Source: Yuukianura sp. NJ FZ-2021 (taxonomy: Eukaryota). From it: a DNA stretch of 64,000 bases. The stretch covers positions 1 to 64,000 of the forward strand of contig CM102285.1 in the NCBI GenBank assembly GCA_046563655.1. Direction: 5' to 3'. Position numbers and translations under genes: made by a program. Below are positions 62,549 to 64,000 of the stretch, piece by piece (position 1 is the stretch's first letter; the number at the start of each line of letters is the position of its first letter). The notes beneath the pieces were generated by a model. The model was not told where the DNA came from. It worked only from the letters and a program-made list of their open reading frames with translations, and did not search any database.

Positions 62549-64000
62549 TTAATCGTTAACAATAAGTTTTGGTTGCAAATATTCAAATTCTGGCGAGTGA
62601 ACAAGCATCATAAGCTGGGCATCAAAAACGTCTTGAACAATTTCCAAATATCCAGCCAAATTCTTGTCCAGCGGATAACATTTTTCCAGTTTTCGAATCA
62701 TGACCTGGAGATCATTGAGTTGATCTTTGAGGTCATTGACCCTGGATTCCATGGCAGCTTCCAGAATTGACCTAGAGGTCATTGACCCAGAGGTCATTGA
62801 CCCAGAGGTCATTGACCCAGAGGTCAACTCCAGTTGAGCTGCTCTTCTAAGAATTGTGTTGAATTTGTCTCGTTCACAATCCGTGTCATCTTGGAGAGTC
62901 ATGATGTTCATTACACCGCGGACTGCTAAAGTAACTCTGTTCAAAACTCGTTGAAACAAAAAGGATTTCCGAATTTTGTCATCGATTTTGAAATTTCGAA
63001 GTCCCGCTAAAATTTCAATCATCAAAGTAGGTGTGGTGGACATGCTTTGAATTTCTTCTAAAGTACTTTCGGAGTAGTCGTCTGAGTCCAAACTCATAAA
63101 AATTGCAGCAGCTCCAACCATCCCAGCACTATGACATTCGTCCAGCATCCCCTTTAAGCTTGGATTTGAATCCTGAAAATCCAACAAAAATTTAAACACT
63201 TTATTCAAATTCCCGCCAGTTGAAAAATTTACTTTTCCCGCCAGAATTCAAACTTTAGTTTAAGGTTTCCCAAAAAATTCAAAAATTTTGCTCAACTTTT
63301 CCCCCCATAGTTCAAAAAGTAAGTTTTCCCGCCGGAATTTCACCGTTATCTCCAGTTTTTCCCCAAAATTTAAGCGCTAGTTTAAGTTTTCCCACCAAAA
63401 TAGAAAACTTTTGCTCAATTTTTCCCCCCATAGTTCAAAAAGTAAGTTTTCCCGCCAAAATTGAAACTTTTAAGTTTTGACACGAAGTTACCTCTAGTCG
63501 TTGCCGTGCCTCTTTGCCCATAGTGTAATGACCTAATGCTTCCGGAAAGAAGTCTTGCACATGCTGAGCATCCGAACTTTTCATGGCCGTTTGAATTTCA
63601 GTTTCAGTGACGCGGTTTTCCATGTACTTTTCAATCTGTGGAAATCTTTGGACAAATTGTTCATAGCCAACTTCGACTCCAACGTGCTCCTTGATGTCAC
63701 TCACTTCATCTGTGTAGTTGCCCAGAATGTGACTGCAGTTCACTTGAAACACAAAGTCCAGTTCGGCACTCCCCGGAATCAGCGATCGGTCGACAAACGC
63801 TGTTTGGACAAAGCGCGAGTACATTTTGCACAACAGAGTTTCGTCATCTTGATCTTCCGACATTTTCCGCATGTCGCTCAACTTGGAATTTAAAAAAGAA
63901 TCGACGAATGATTTGTCACGTAGAATCGGCGGGAACTTTAAATTTTCTGAACGAAGCACCGGAATTTGAATTTTCAAATTTCGAATTGAGCCGTACTCGT
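62549..64000 (-). CDS. 3' part of an unidentified, largely helical protein (two exons, 5' end off window)
   Basis: Frame open from the window end to a donor at 63492 (GAG|gtaact). Last exon 63172-62549 (ttcag|GAT). Contains a 15-bp coding repeat (TSGSM)x3-4. Confidence 0.7.

Overview
AT-rich, gene-dense eukaryotic DNA with many short (about 55-100 nt) GT-AG introns. It is almost certainly an arthropod, given a two-domain GH18 chitinase, an Axud1-type CSRNP and an ACP neuropeptide. Recognisable genes, assembled by hand from exons: GGACT, MEA1, a C20orf85/CIMIP1-like gene, tRNA-Ile(AAT), UTP4, a Cht7-type chitinase, CSRNP/Axud1, DOLPP1, TRMT2A, USB1 and a TLDc-domain gene, plus partial unknown genes at both ends. 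The best observations are small spliced genes that the ORF track misses or fragments. These are (1) an AKH/corazonin-related peptide (ACP) precursor predicted to release pQITFTREWVT-amide, (2) a secreted ricin-B-type lectin gene nested antisense in the long UTP4 intron, (3) two tandem paralogues of an unfamiliar 8-cysteine secreted peptide, (4) a basic secreted pro-peptide with an RVKR site, and (5) two Cys/Pro-rich genes, each preceded by an RFX X-box. Non-coding features include MITE-like inverted repeats, minisatellites, a perfect 35-bp-arm palindrome, a two-hairpin ncRNA candidate and nine exact AGGTCAAAGGTCA (DR1) motifs. All calls come from reading the sequence; no database searches were run.
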